64,000 nucleotides of DNA from Octopus sinensis (taxonomy: Eukaryota): NCBI RefSeq assembly GCF_006345805.1, contig NC_043001.1, positions 98,518,001-98,582,000 of the forward strand, in the 5' to 3' direction. Within the stretch, counting starts at the first letter, position 1; the number at the start of each line of letters is the position of its first letter. The position numbers were made by a program, and so were the translations under genes. Below are positions 48,991-63,287 of this stretch, in pieces. The notes under the pieces are model-generated. The model saw only the letters and a program-made list of their open reading frames with translations, did no database searches and had not been told where the DNA came from.

Positions 48991-51424
48991 GATGTAAAAC
49001 ATATTCCCCATTAGTTCCATGCATATTTTGAGTTAGGGCAATATTTTCATTTTGCCTTTCTAATGGAGGCAATGCATGTACAAGACAATAGTAGAGCTGG
49101 TGTATATTCAGAAAATGATGTTAATATTACTGCAATGAAAATGAAGTGACTGGAATGGTAAAGGACAGGACAAATTTTTTAATGTATTCAGTTTCATCTT
49201 TCAACCTTTCTGTATTCTATGCCTCTAAAGAAGTGACTTTAACTTTGATCCTTCCAGCATTAATAAAATAAATAACTCTGGTAACAAAGGGCCTCTCGCT
49301 CAGAAACATGGGCCATGACTGGGCCATGACTGCTGAGGATATGCATAAGCTCAAAAGAAATGAAGCTAGTATGATCCACTGAATGTGTAATGTCAGTGTG
49401 CATACACGATAGAGTGTAAGTGCCCTGAGAGAAAAGTTGGATATAAGAAGCATCAGATGTGGTGTGCAAGAGTGATGACTGCGCTAGTATGGACATGCAT
49501 ATGGATGAGGACAGCTGTGTGAAAAAGCGTCACACACTAACAGAAGATGGAAGCTATGGAAGAGGTAGACCAAGGAAGACCTGGGATGAGGTGGTGAAAC
49601 GTGACCTTCGAACATTGAGCTTCACAGAGGCAATGACAAGTAACCAAGACCTTTGAAGATATGCTGTGCTTGAGAAGTCCCAGCAAACCAAGTGACACCA
49701 TAACCATAGCCTATGCCAGTGTTGCATTACTGGCACATTTAAGAGTACCTTTCAATCATTGGGCAATAAACTGTGCTTGAAAAGACCTACTGAGTCAAGT
49801 GAAATCATTGTCATGACCAATCTCAGTACCACCTGACTGGCACCCATGCCAGTGGCACACAAAAAGCACCATTTGAGTGTGGTTGTTACCAGTGCCACCT
49901 GACTGGCTCTCATGCCAGGTGCACATAAAAAGCACCACTTGAGTGCGGTTGACGCCAATACCACCTAACTGGCCTCCTGCCGGTGGCATGTAATAAGCAC
50001 CCACTACACTCTTGGAGTGATTGGTGTTAGGAAGGGCATCCATCTGTAGAAACCTTGCCAGATCAGATTGGAACCTGGTGCAGCCTTCTGACTTGCCAGT
50101 CCTCAGTCAAATCGTCAAACCCATGCCAGCATGGAAAGCAGACGTTAAACGATGATGATGGTTTATTAGGGGTAGATTCAATTGACTGTACTCTTCTCCT
50201 ACAAATTTGAAACTCTATGCCAATGTGAGATGTCACAATTGCTACAACCACAGCAATTGGGTATGAAGAACATGTGGATGACATGATGCATAGTGCTGTT
50301 GGTGCAACTACAACTACTGATGAGGAGTATACTGCTAATTATTGGACATATCAGTGCCAGCACTTTTATATTGCTTCTTCTGCTTCATGCTCTGAGACAA
50401 TTGGACTTGATATTATTAATGTCCTGTTTATACTGTTGCAGATTGACACCTGCTAAGAAGGCATGAGCAAAGAGATTCCAGAGGGATGATGTCCTGGGAA
50501 GAAAGACTGCAGTTCATGGTTAATGCAAATCTGTGAGAGTTGAATGTATCAAAAGTGACAAGAGATGGAAAGATGAATAAGTTGATGGTGGCTGGTTGGT
50601 GAGGGTATGAGACTAGCCAGCTCCCAAGAAGGGAGGCCTTTATAGTAGTGATTGAGAGAATATAGCACATCTGTGGACCAGAGTCTGGAGTGTGTCTGAG
50701 AGTGTTTGAATACCAATTAGTCAAGTGGATCTTCTCCAGATGTGCTCAGAATGTTTCTGCCTAGCAACAGTACCATTCCAGATGTTGGAGCAGTACTCCA
50801 TTCTGTGCTTCACCGAGAGAAACAAAACTTCTGTTTCACCAAGCTACCTTGTAAAAATTATCAGGTTTCCAAATTCTTTCTTACCAATCAAAACAGTCAT
50901 CATCATCTGATAAGTTGACTTACTCAGACCAATGCATTTGTTTCATGCCAGACGCCCTGATTGAGTGATGAGGCTTGAACATCTGGCTTGGGTTTTAATC
51001 GCATTGCTCTTTCACAAGCTGAAATATCTCATCTACATACAGCATGACTACAGATGATAGCAGTAGTTTGTTAATAGAACTGGTTGATCCTGGACATTGA
51101 CAGTTTATTGTCTGTTCATCCACTCAGCATTTAGTGATACTAGCCATTAATTTAATAACATTCATTTACTGAAACAGGTGCATCTCATGATTTCAATAAC
51201 TTGGCTGGTTACATGCTATTTAAAACTTAGCTGTGAACCTGACAGGTGTTACTACTCCAGGTCAGAACAGATCTGGAAACAATAATGGCTAACAGGTGGT
51301 TCCACACACTTCAAAACCCTGGAAATCCTGATTCATGGCCCCACTACCAGATGCAGCTTAAAGTTACATCCTATGTATCAAAATAGTAACATCATGAAAT
51401 GTTTACAGCAATAAAAATACTAAC

Positions 51425-51550
51425 CTCTAGTTCCATAAAATTTCCTAATCCTTCGACATCATCAATGTGGATCCGAGTTTGACCAGCAATATATAATTCA
51501 CGCCGTTTCTTCACAATTCCTTTGATACCCAGTGCACGACTCAGAACAAT
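51425..51550 (-). CDS. CYTH-domain (CyaB-like) protein, penultimate coding exon (126 bp, phase 0/0)
   Basis: ttgtag|IVLSRALGIKGIVKKRRELYIAGQTRIHIDDVEGLGNFMELE|gttagt carries the CYTH motifs V.K.R.LY, TRIH.D.V.GLG.F.ELE and joins in frame to the terminal exon. Confidence 0.92.
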
Positions 51551-52825
51551 CTACAATGACAAAAATTGGATGAAGCAAAATGGATGATGTACAGATTTTA
51601 AGAAAAGATGCAAGCATGACTGCTTCCCAACCACATGGTTTGAGGTTCAGTCTCACTGCATGGCACTGTGGGCAAGTGTCTTCTACTATAGCCTTGGGCC
51701 AACTAAAGCCTTGTGAGTATATTTGGTAGACAGAAATTAAAAGAATCCCATTGTATATTTGTATGTAGAGGGGGTTCCTCACTTCTGCTTGACAACCAGT
51801 GCTGGTGTATTTATGTCCCTGTAACTTACCAGTTCAGCAAAAGAGACTGATAGAATAAGTACCATGCTTTAAAATTAAGTACTAGTGTTGCTACATTTGA
51901 CTAAAAATTCTTCAAGGTGGTGCCCCAGTATGGCAACATTCTAATGATTGAAACAAGTAAAAGGTAGATGGTAAAAGGTAAATGCCAGTAAAATAATTAG
52001 CAACTAATCATCATCATCATCATTTAGCGTCCTTCTCCATGCTAGCATGGGTTGGACGGTTCAACTGAGGTCTGTGAAGCTGGAAGGCTTCATCAGGCCC
52101 CAAGCATAAAATATTTAAATATTAGATGATACCATGAAAATGGTAGCTTATAGAATAGAAACACTAAGATTTTCTCTAGTCCTTTTAAAATAAACAGCAC
52201 AATAGCCAAACACACACATGCATATACATGATAAGCTTCTTCAGTTTCTGCCTGTAAAATCCATTCATGTGGCTTTGTACAGTTTGGGGCTTTAGTAGAT
52301 GACACCCAGGATGCTACATAGTGAGCTGCTTCTTCTGCTTCGTGCTCTTGCTTGATGGAGCTGGGATCATCCCAGGTTAGTGGTCCCAGAGACATCATTA
52401 TGCATAGAGCTGATCAAGTCTACCAGTTCTCTCTTTTGCTAGCAGTCCTGTACCAGCCCCTCCTGGGTTTGGCCTTGTTGTGACCAATGTCACATTCATG
52501 TAAGTACCAGTTAAACACTGAAGATGATATAGACTTACCCCATCACCCAAAATTACTGGCCTTGTGCCAAGGTTTGAAATCAATATTTAGCCAAGGGGAA
52601 AGCTACCTTTGCCTTCATGCTGATACAGGAGTTACCTTTCAGAATGCAAAGAGCTAGAACAGATTCAGCAAACCATTTCACCTAAAACTCTAATAGTTCT
52701 GCCAATCCACTCTCCTGGATTGGACTTTTCTTATCAACCTGGACAAAAAGGACAAAAGCAAAGTTGACCTTAGTAGGATTTGAACTCAAAGCACTGAGAG
52801 CTATAAAATACTTGAAATATTCTAT

Positions 52826-54785
52826 TGTAGCGCATTGCCCAAGGATTTATGACAGACAAACTGTAGACAGGAACTTCATTGTGCACTAGCTAGGGAGCTG
52901 GTCTGCAGTGAAATTGACTTCCAGTTAAGCAGGCTTTCTATTCTAGCAGGAGTTGACTAGCAGCTGTCACCCTCATGTATTTAACTGAATAAACCCTGGT
53001 CGTCAACCCTGCATGTGGCACCAAAACCCAACAGAGGTTTTTGTCCTTGCAGAGATTACTGTCATCTCAGTGCAGATACAACATCCAACCGCTACCCCAT
53101 TCCACACATAAAGGACTTCCCAGCCAAGTGCTCGGTTTTCTGAAAGGTTAACTTCATCTGAGATTATCACCAAGTATCAGTACAAGATGATGATATGCCA
53201 AAAATCGCTGTGATCACTCTTTCCGGGTTGTATGAATTCCTATGTACACCCGTTGGCCTGAAAAACGTAGCACAATCTTTCCAATGCTTGATGACTCCTG
53301 TGCAAGGATCTTGATTTTGTCTTTGCATACTTAGATGATATCCTTATCGCAAGCCAAAATGTGGGGCTACTCAAGGAGCACAACCCTGCTGTTTGATATA
53401 TCCACTGGGAAGCTACAACTGATCGTACCCTTAGCTTGGCACAGGAAAGTTTTCAACATCATTCACAGATTGTCTCACCCAGGTACTAGAGTCACACAGC
53501 ACCTAATGTCAAGCAAATTTATCAGACACGGTATGGCCAAGCAAATTGGGGAGTGGACCAAAATTTGCATCTCCTGTCAACAAGCCAAAGTCCATCAATA
53601 CACCAAAGCACATCGCAGCAACTATGAACCACCAAAGGCTCATTTCAGCCACATCGAAATCTACCTTGTCAGCCTCCTACCGACCTTAATAAACTACTAC
53701 ACTCATTGGCCTGATGCTATCCCTCTCTGTAACACAGAAACACAAGAAGTCAGCTAAGCCTCCATCACAAACTGGGTTGCCCATTTCGGTGTCTCAGACA
53801 GCATCTCATCCAATTGGGGTCCACAATTCATCTCAAAGCTGTGGAATGAAATGTGTGACCTTTTTGGAATCACAATGAAGCACACAACAGCCTACCATCA
53901 ACAAGCCATTGGGTTAGTGGAGAGATTTCACCACCGCCTTAAGGAATCTCTAACAACCAGACTTGACGGGCCCAGTTGGATTGATCAACTTCCATGGGTG
54001 ATGCTGGGAATCCACACCACCCCAAAGGAAAATCTCAACACTTCTTCCACAGAAATGATGTATAATAAAACTCTTACAGTGCCAGGAGAGTTCCTTCCAA
54101 ACACGAAGTCAGACCTGGATATTAAAAGATACCTCGCACAACAGAGAGACAGTGTGGGCCAGTTACGCCCTATTCCCATGTCAACACATGGTACATCCAG
54201 ATCATCCATACCAAACGACCTCCACATGGTTAATTTTGTGTTTGTTTGATGGGACACACAACGAAAACCCCTTCAGTCACCCTACGATGGCCCATATGAA
54301 GTCATATGTCTGGGAGACAAATTATTGTAACTCCTAATTAGCAGACAAGACACAGTTTCCATCGATAGGTTGAAACCGGCCCATCTCAATATCAACAGCC
54401 TCATCCAAGTAGCTCAACCACCAAACAAAGGTTGCCCCATGCAAATTACACCAATATTTGGCAAGGACCAGTCACCAAAGAGCCAAGTAATCACACATAC
54501 AGGCAGTTAAAACACCTTCCAGATTCAAATAGCAATCAACAGTCTGGTGAGGAGTTATATGTAGGACACTGCCCAAGAATTTACGACAGACGAACTGCAG
54601 ACAGGAACTTTGCTGCAGGCTAGCTATGAAGCTGTTCTGCAGCGAAGTTGACTTCTGGTTAAGCAGGCTTTCTATTCTAGCAGGAGTTGACTAATGGCTG
54701 TTGCTCTCATGTAGTTAACAGAATAAATCTTTCGTTAACACAATCTAGGTCTCTATTAATGTTTTTGTGTATAGCTTAACTAAAG
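52826..54785 (+). mobile_element. Second CsRn1-like Gypsy copy, internally deleted, with two diverged LTRs
   Basis: LTR-like repeats start TGTAG at 52826 and 54560. An RT fragment (AYLDDILIAS) is fused directly to the integrase region. It is colinear with 8690-8960 and 14230-15370. Confidence 0.85.
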
Positions 54786-54789
54786 CCAG

Positions 54790-55455
54790 GTAGACCCAGG
54801 AAAACTTGGGATGAGATGGTGAAGCACAACCTTCGAACTTTAGGTCTTACCGAGGAAATGACTAGAGACCGAGACCTTTCGAAGTATGCTGTGCGTGAGA
54901 AGACCCGACAGGATAAGTGAGACCATAACCCATGGCCTCAGTCCACTTATGCATTACCTTTCCTTCTTGGGACACAAAACTCTACTTGTGAAGACCTGTT
55001 GAGGCAAGTGAAAATCAAAAAATCAAAATCGATCAACATCAATGGAAATTGTAGCTGTGATACCAGTGCCGGTGGCACATAAGAGAACCATCTGAACGTG
55101 GACGTTGCCAGCGTCGCCCCGACTGGCTTCCATGCCGGTGGCACGTAAAAAGCACCATCCGATCGTGGCCATTGCCAGCCTCGCCTGGCCTCTGTGCCAG
55201 TGGCACGTAAAAGCACCATCCGATCGTGGCCGTTTGCCATCCTCGTCTGGCACCTGTGCCAGTGGCACGTAAAAAGCACCCACTACACTCATGGAGTGGT
55301 TGGCGTTAGGAAGGGCATCCAGCCGTAGAAACATTGCCAGATCAGACTGGGCCTGGTGCAGCCTTCTGGCTTCCCAGACCCCAGTTGCACCGTCCAACCC
55401 ATGCCAGCATGGAAAGCGGACGCTAAACGATGATGATGATGATGATGATGATGAT
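54790..55455. mobile_element. RTE-tail fragment plus SINE with internal sub-repeats and (GAT)n tail
   Basis: gaccttcgaac..gctgtgcgtgagaagacc (also at 49600) and ggcgttaggaagggcatccagc..ccatgccagcatggaaagcggacg.taaacgatgatgat, a family with many copies in the window. Confidence 0.7.
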
Positions 55456-58400
55456 GAAAGCCAATTCATCACCTTAAGTTCACACATGGCAAGTGCATTT
55501 CAGGCTGACTTGAAAATATTTTATGGTCGTTCTCTTGTTTGATTAAGCAATTTATCCTATAATCTAATTTCAGTTTAGCTATCATAGACGATAACAGTAT
55601 GAAGATGCTTAATGCCATGGATACTTCCACTCTTTCATAGACTGAGGTGACTAAACTGTCTTATTCAACTTAATAAATAAAGAAAATGAATCTACACTTT
55701 GAAAATAAAAACACAGTACTAAACCTAAATTTTATGGATTACTATTTCCTTCCAGAGAGGGTGATATATATAATCAAGTTCTAGCACTAGTTCTCTATCT
55801 GCTTAAGGTTTCCAAGGGACGCAAAATTAACTTTAAAATCAACTTACGTCCCTTGAATATGAGGCAACTAACTCACTGACCTCTATGTATAAAGACGGAA
55901 TGTAAACAAGTTAGCTTTAAGATCTGATTACAATATATTTAGTTACAGCTAAAAGTATTAGATTTTAAAAGGTAAAAATTGCTTCATTTTAATCTAATAA
56001 CTGAGGTATGAAACAATAAAGTGTTGATACCAAACACTAAAGGCATTTTACACGGAAGAAATAAACAAGAAAGATATTAATTAAAAGAGAAAAGAAATAA
56101 AAAGAACTATGGATAATAAAAGAGACTATGGACAAATTCCTAATTTGGTTATTTGAGGTATTTCAGATTCAGTGCTGGGGTTGTTTTACATAAAAACAAT
56201 TATTTGTGGAGCAAATGAGCATTCCGAATGCTAGCTTGTCATTACTAATAGATATAAGTAATGATACAAAAGCAAAACAAAAAAAAAGAGAAAAACTTTT
56301 CCGACTGAGTTACTGGACCAAATTTTTTGAAACTTTTCTATAAGATGTAGTTTTGCATGCTAATTACAAAAACTACGTTCCTATTTCGAGAAAAACAATA
56401 AAAATCTGGAAATGAGATAGAATTTTAGGAATTTTTTTACTATTATTATCCGCCTACCACAAAAGCTTTATTATAGTTGGCTTCCACCAAAGAAACATAC
56501 TTTCAGATCATGAATGCATTTAAATTTTGTCGTTAATTATCTGGGGTTTTAAAAACGTGATTTTATTACCTTTCTGTTGAAAATAATGTTTCCATTCATT
56601 CATTTATAGAAAGCGTAATGATAGACGGGACATAACTCCGTGTTAACTTATCGAAATACATAACTGGTCGCAATATTTGCAGACAGAAGATAGTGAAATG
56701 ATTCTAGTACATGACCGTTGCATATTAACCAGCCCCAGAAGAATAAAAGGCAAATACATTGACAAGTTTTGAACTCAAAATATAGAGCGATAGAACTAAA
56801 TACAGAAAGACATATAACCATTAATATTTACTTCCTAAATACATACCAACGAGAGAAGCCTCTACACATGACTGTCTCCTAAACATCTCACTTCAATATA
56901 TCCTACGATCATAAAAAGAGGAAGGACCCTTTGGATAATATAGTCGTGGATATACAAAACAAAACGAGCTGGTCAAAGCTGGAATGTTTTTGACCATAGA
57001 TCACTGTTTAATAAAGACTGATCTGGGGATAAACAAATTCTCACGTACCTTTAAAACAGTCAAATCCCAATATTATTATTGGTATTTATTGCAAAACAAA
57101 CTCTCATGAGATTTAAACTCACATAAAGTAACATTACTAACTAGTCCTTTCTAATATAGGCATGGGGTCTGAAATTTTGGGTGAGGGCCTAATCAATTAT
57201 ATCAACCCCAGAGCTCAACTGGTAATTATTTTATCTACCACGAAAGGTAGAATTTGAACTCAGAACATAAACATGGACAGAATTTGAACTCAAAACATAA
57301 ACATGGCCAAAATTCTTAGAAACACTGTCCAATGCTAATGATTCTGCCAGCTCACCACCTTAAACATTACTAAATAATGTAAAGCATTTTATTTGATTCT
57401 TCTACTAATTGTACTATTCACTGTCTATAATGATTTCCAAATTTGGTACTAGGCCATACATTTTGGTACAGGAAATAATAGTTTTAATCGAGCCCAGTAC
57501 TTGAATGGTACTTATTTAAATTATTCAAAAGGAGTCAGTGTAATTTGAATGTACAAACATAAAGTGCTTTACAAATTTTACCATACATTATGGTAAGAAT
57601 TTCTAAATTTTAGTACAAGATCATACATTTTACTAGAAGCAGCAGTTGTTTAAAACAACCCCAATATTTGACTGATGCTAATGGAAATGAACGTTAAAGT
57701 TGACCTGACTGATATTTGAACTCAGAACATATACAGATAAATGTTTATACCACAAAGCATTTTGTTTGTTCTCTAGGTCCTGAATTAGAAAAGTCATTAG
57801 AGTATGAGATAAAATGCCTTGGTGTATTTGTTCTGACTCTGTATGTTCTGAGTTCAAATCCAGCCAAGGACAACTTTACCTTTAATCTTTTCAGGTTCAA
57901 TAAAAAGTACTGGTGCATGATGTTGGATTGGAAGAAGTATCAAACAGGTGAACCAGATATCTTGTGGTATTTCTTCCACTTTTTTGTGATCTAAGTTTCA
58001 ATCCCACCATGGTCTACTTTGGCAGTAGACTTCAGCTGTCACCCACTTTAGCACCACCACCTGACACCTTTGATGTTTTTTGTGGAGTTTATTCTATAGT
58101 AGGCATTTGTATCTGGTCTACTGTTTCAGGATAACTTCTTACCTCCCGACTTCCAGCCTCAGAACTGCTATCAAAGAGTTCAAAGACACTGTCTTCCCTC
58201 TTGACTAAAAACCAAAAACAAAATTCTGTTATGTACTGTCTCACCATCAATACTAATATGATTTCTAATATAGGCACATGGCAACAAATTTGGAATAAAG
58301 TGTATAGTTGATTACATGACTGATACTTTATCAATCCACCCCTCAGGAGAATGAAAGACAAAACTAAGCCTAGTAGGATTTGAACTTGGGAAGTGGAGAA

Positions 58401-58914
58401 ACAAAATAAAATACTACAAGGTATTTTTCCAAAACTCTATAGTAGAGATTTGCAACTTTTTTTTTTTATCTATAGCACATTGAACAAATTAAGTTTTCAA
58501 AAGTTTTATTCTCTGTCAAGAAAAAGATGATGAGCAGGCAGAATCATTAGAGCTGTGTTTGTTTTAGCTCCTTAAATTCCAAGTTCAAAATGTGCCAAGG
58601 TTAGGTTTGCCTTTTGTCCTTTTGAAGTCAATAAAATAAAGTACTAATCAAATACAGGAGTTAATAGTGTCAACTAAAGCCACTCACTTCAAAATTACCT
58701 ATTTTCTGCTTAAAGCAAAAACACATAGAAATCATTATTATTGAATGAAGAAATCATAGAGGGGAGCCTACTACTAGGACCAATCAAGGAACCCTGTGCT
58801 GGCTATAATCTCTATAGAAAATCTGTAGAGATGACCTTAACATGTGATTTAAGTGTACTGCTAACACAGTAGCACACGGTATTGATTTATAAAAATGTTT
58901 AATATACTGTTGTC

Positions 58915-59200
58915 CTGCAATTTACAGACATATTCTTAGAGTTGTTCCATTCACCCTCACCATATTTGTCACAGTCATTGGAGGAGAGCTTTCCCTATCA
59001 ACCCTTTCTTTCCCAAATAGAACTTGAAAATTTGATATAGGCTTCACTGAACAGAAATTTGCTATCAATCTGTTCAGACTCATCCACCATACAACCTCTT
59101 TTGCCATAGCCAACAGAAAGAGGAACAACGCCAGCCCTGCATTAATGTACGAAATTTGAGAGGCAATCTTCATGATGGACTTGGCCGATAACCAATGTTC
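58915..59200 (-). mobile_element. C-terminal remnant of an L1/Tx1-like ORF2
   Basis: FLLAMAKEVVWW..ERVDRE...VTNMVRVNGTTL resembles the ORF2 C-terminus of Tx1-like elements (recalled similarity, not searched). Confidence 0.5.
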
Positions 59201-59836
59201 CTAATTCAGGCGCTAACCAATAATTTTGAGGAGAGAGGTAAGCTGATATCATCACCCCCATTATTTGACTACTACTCAGTTTTATTGATTTCAAGTAGAA
59301 TGGCAGATGAAGCTAGTACTTCACTGGTACATTATTTTATCGACCCTGGACAGACGAAAAGCAAAGTTGACTTCAGCAGGATTTGAACCCAGAATGTAAA
59401 GAGCCAGAATATATATCCTGATGCATTTTGCCAAACTTTCAAACTATTCTGTCAATCCAGTGGGTGTTGAGTGTCTTCCACAATAAGCTAGCATTCAAGT
59501 ACCAAAGCTTATAATTTGCAGAAAGAGACCTTGTGAGACCTCTAACAAGGCTGATATCTGCTCTCACAGAATCAACCTGAGCAAGTAAGTCCAAGAGCTC
59601 TGAGAATTGAAACAATAATAATAATCCTTTCTACTATAAGCACAAGACCTGAAATTTGGGGCGGGGAAAAGTCGATTAAATGGATCCCCGGTACTTCACA
59701 GGTACTTATTTTATCAACATTGAAGGGATGAAAGGCAAAGTCAACATCAGCAGAATTTGAATTCAGAATGTAAAGAAGAATGAAATGCCTCTATGCATTT
59801 TGTTCAACATGCAAACAATCCTGTCAGGTACCTGCC

Positions 59837-59837
<1 letters not shown>

Positions 59838-59870
<33 letters not shown>

Positions 59871-59936
59871 TAATGACGACGACAATAACTATAACAATAA
59901 CAACAACAACAATGATAATAACAACAACAATAATAA
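59838..59936. repeat. (AAT/AAC/GAC)n compound microsatellite
   Basis: Directly visible. Confidence 0.95.
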
Positions 59937-61249
59937 ATTTACCTCTAGAGACATGGGATCCTCAATGACACTAATATCAAATTTACTTTCTTTGGCATTT
60001 TCTGTATCTTTTCTTTCATAAAATATCAATTTTGATTTGTTACCCTACAATAAAAAGAAAAATGTTATAAATCTCAATAATACTAAAAACTCTAGAGATG
60101 TTTGTGTGTACCTGAAATATCTCAGAAATAGCATATTTTATCTTAATTTTTTTTTTCTTGCATATTTATATTTAAAACTTACCTTTAGCAGTACAGTACA
60201 AACTTTTGAGATATTTGGACCTCCATTTAAAAAAATTAAACGATTTTTGTTTTTTATTTCTTGACAAAAAAAAAACATGGCTTCCATGACGTCAGCACAC
60301 ATACACACATAATGAATGTCATGGTTTGTCAATCAACACAAACACACATCTGCTATCTGTGACATATACACACACATAGTGTTCGCAATTTCTAACTAAG
60401 AAAAATGTCAACTTTTTGACATACACAATATTTTAATCATTTAGAAATATTTTTAATTGAATGTGATTTCATCATCCATAGTTCATTAATTTCTGTAAAA
60501 ATTTTTTATTTATTTACTTTTGTTTTAAAGTGAAAGAGAGATGTATGTACGTGGTGGAAGAGAGAGAAGGGAAGAAAGAGAGAAAGGGAGAGAGAGGGTG
60601 AGTGAAGCAGTGTGTTGTTATATATGCATGCATACATCAATACATATGCATACATCTTTTATGTATGTATGTGTGCATGAGAGAGAGTGAGTGAGTGAAC
60701 TTGTGTGTTCTCATGTATGTGTAAGTAGCACTCTCTCTCCCTCACACACACACACACACACACATCCAATTCATATACCCTTTCATACATCTTCCACTTT
60801 CTCTTCTCTTTCACTTTAAAACAAAAGTAACAGGTGATTTTCAGGATAAAATTTGTTAAAAAAAGCTTCTACTCATATAAAATTTGCACACAAAAGTTTT
60901 CAGAATTGCCAACATGGCCAGGGGAAAAAGGTTTTCAATTTGGTTGTATTTAGCATAATTTCACTCACTTATGATTAAATTTTATTAAATTTTTATTAGA
61001 TTTAAGCCCTTATTTTTTCTGTAAATCCTATTCTGACATTCCAGTACCAATGTTTACATTTTGTAACTCTCTACAAAAAAACAAAAAATGTCAGCAGTTC
61101 CAATTAAATAATTCCAGAAGTTAAGTTAGATATATATATACATGCATAAGTACTATGAATTCCCATTCTACAAACTGGCAAACTTTACCAGGAAATGCTG
61201 GGTAGTAAGTCTAGTAGCAATTAAAACTTAGTTTTTTATTTGTGATCAT

Positions 61250-62860
61250 GTTGGTGCATATGTAGGATGGTGATAGAGAGTGGAAGAGGTATTGGTGTAT
61301 GAAAGATAAGTGATGGGGGAGCGGTGATATGGGAGTAGTAGGTGGAGAGGACAGGTAAAACAAGGAGGGTGTGGGGAGAAAGGTGGGTAGAAGAACTGTG
61401 GAGGAGAGGTTTTGAGCGAGAAAAATGAGCTCCCATTCCTTCTGGATCCAGAAGGAGTGATCATGTTGAAGATTGAGAGGTGTTGGCTGGAAAACTGAAT
61501 GGAACGAACATGTCAAGAGACCGGGGACCTGTTGCTTCATCAGATGGCTCTGAGGTGTTCCATGTACCTCTCAGTCAGTTAGCAGGTAGTATAGAAAAGA
61601 TTGCAAAAACAAGGTTGGTGGAAGTCCAACAGAAGGAGTCTCTGTGGAAAGTGTAATGGTTAGGGCCAGTAAGGGAGGTAGTATTAGAAAAGAAAGAGCG
61701 AGTATGGGAGCAGGAGCAGAGAAGGAGCTATGAGGTTATTGAGACTACAGTCACAGTTAAAGGAGAGGAAAGAAACTGGAGGTGCAAGGTCAGATTGAAG
61801 GCAGTGGAAGAGGTGGAGAATGGCGCATTGCAGGGGTAGAGTGATAGGTAAGAGGGAAGAAGTTGCAATGGTTGGGACTCTGGACACAGAGTGTAAGGAC
61901 TAAGGTGCAATCAATGGTATGAGCACAGGAGAGGGCAGAGTAGATAAGGGAGAGAGGATAGGCATGTAGAATGAAGATGTGGGCTATATGTTGGACCTAC
62001 ATTTTGAATTCATATTTACTGCTGCAGAGGGACCAAAAACAGAGGAATTGAGGATGAAAGATTTGGTGTGGCTGGGATGAGGTGGGGGAAGTCAAGATTG
62101 GTGTATGTGTCAGTGGGTTTCTAAAAGTCAGAGGTGGAGAGGGTAGAGAGGGTGGAGCTAGGGTAGTCAATGGAGATGATGACGTAAAGGAAATAAAGGA
62201 AGGTTTCGGATGTGAACTGGAAAGAGGAGTTCCAGTGAACTAACAAAGGAGATAAAAGTGTTCTTTGCAAAAAAGGGAGTGGTCCTGAAATAGTCATTAA
62301 GAAACTGGCCACACAGCTCTGGAGAAATGGGGACTGGTGAACTGAGAGAAAATTTGAAGACCTAAAATAACCAACAAATAAGCTGGCATAGTTGGGTCCT
62401 CTCCATGTTCCTATGACCACTCCAGTGATCTGCTCATACATCTAATCCACGTAAAAAAAAGCAGTTGAGGGTGAGAACCAGTTTGGCTAGATGGAGGAGT
62501 GTGGTGTGTAAGAGAAAGAAATGTTTGAGAGCTTAATGGCCTTCAATGTGAAGGATGAAGTATAAAGAAATGATATCCATGGTGCAAATAAGACAAGAAG
62601 GTCAGGGGGATATGAAGACGGAGTTGAAGAGATGGAGGGTATGATTGGTGTTGTGGATATGGCAGAGGAGGGCAGCACCAGGGGTTCAAGGAGGATATCA
62701 AGGTAGTGAGAAATGAGTTTAGTGGATTAGTTAAGACAAGGGACGATGGTCCAGCCAAAATTTTCAGAGATTTGTGATCTTCATGAAGAAACAGATAATG
62801 GAGGTATGGGGTATGTGGACAATAAAGAGTGAAGCAGTTGAAGAAAAGAAGGAAAGAAGA
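61250..62860 (-). mobile_element. Decayed Penelope-like element
   Basis: YEQITGVVIGTWRGPNYASLFVG corresponds to the PLE RT motif YEQ..G.AMG...GP.YANLF. The upstream P..PSYP..T-type motif is also present. Heavily mutated. Confidence 0.7.
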
Positions 62861-63287
62861 AATGAGCTGGATGATGGTGTGTGTGTGTACATACGTATGT
62901 ATAGTTATTTAACAAAGATCCCTAATTATTATCATATTCTGATCTGATGACATATATGACTAAGTCTATCCATTCACTGTAGAGAATGATCTCTTGGATA
63001 AAAGGAGTTCTCAGATCAAGAAGAATCTACTTTAGTCACATGCACTTAACGTGTGTCCCAACCTCATTGAATGTAAATCATAAAAGGCAATAGTTTTCTA
63101 TTATGCCAGGTAAAGAACAAGTATTTACAACACTGTCTGGGTATGGATATAGTAACAACTGACTAACCATTGTCTAGAATTTTTTTGTATGTTTTTGTTA
63201 GCTTTATCATCATCATCATTATCATTTTTATCATCATCATCATCACTATTATCATTATTCTCGTTGTTAATATTATTATCATTATTA

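Noticed and set aside
55815-55860. Short hairpin caagggacg..cgtcccttg with a GTAAGT donor-like site
   Set aside because: The 9-bp stem is likely a small repeat relic, and the adjacent minus-strand frames give no CYTH-like peptide.
57050-57085. Donor-like aag|gtacgt as CYTH upstream exon end
   Set aside because: There is an in-frame stop 8 codons upstream and no acceptor.
59780-60021. Poly-Asn / poly-Ile-Thr ORFs
   Set aside because: Translations of an (AAT/AAC)n microsatellite.
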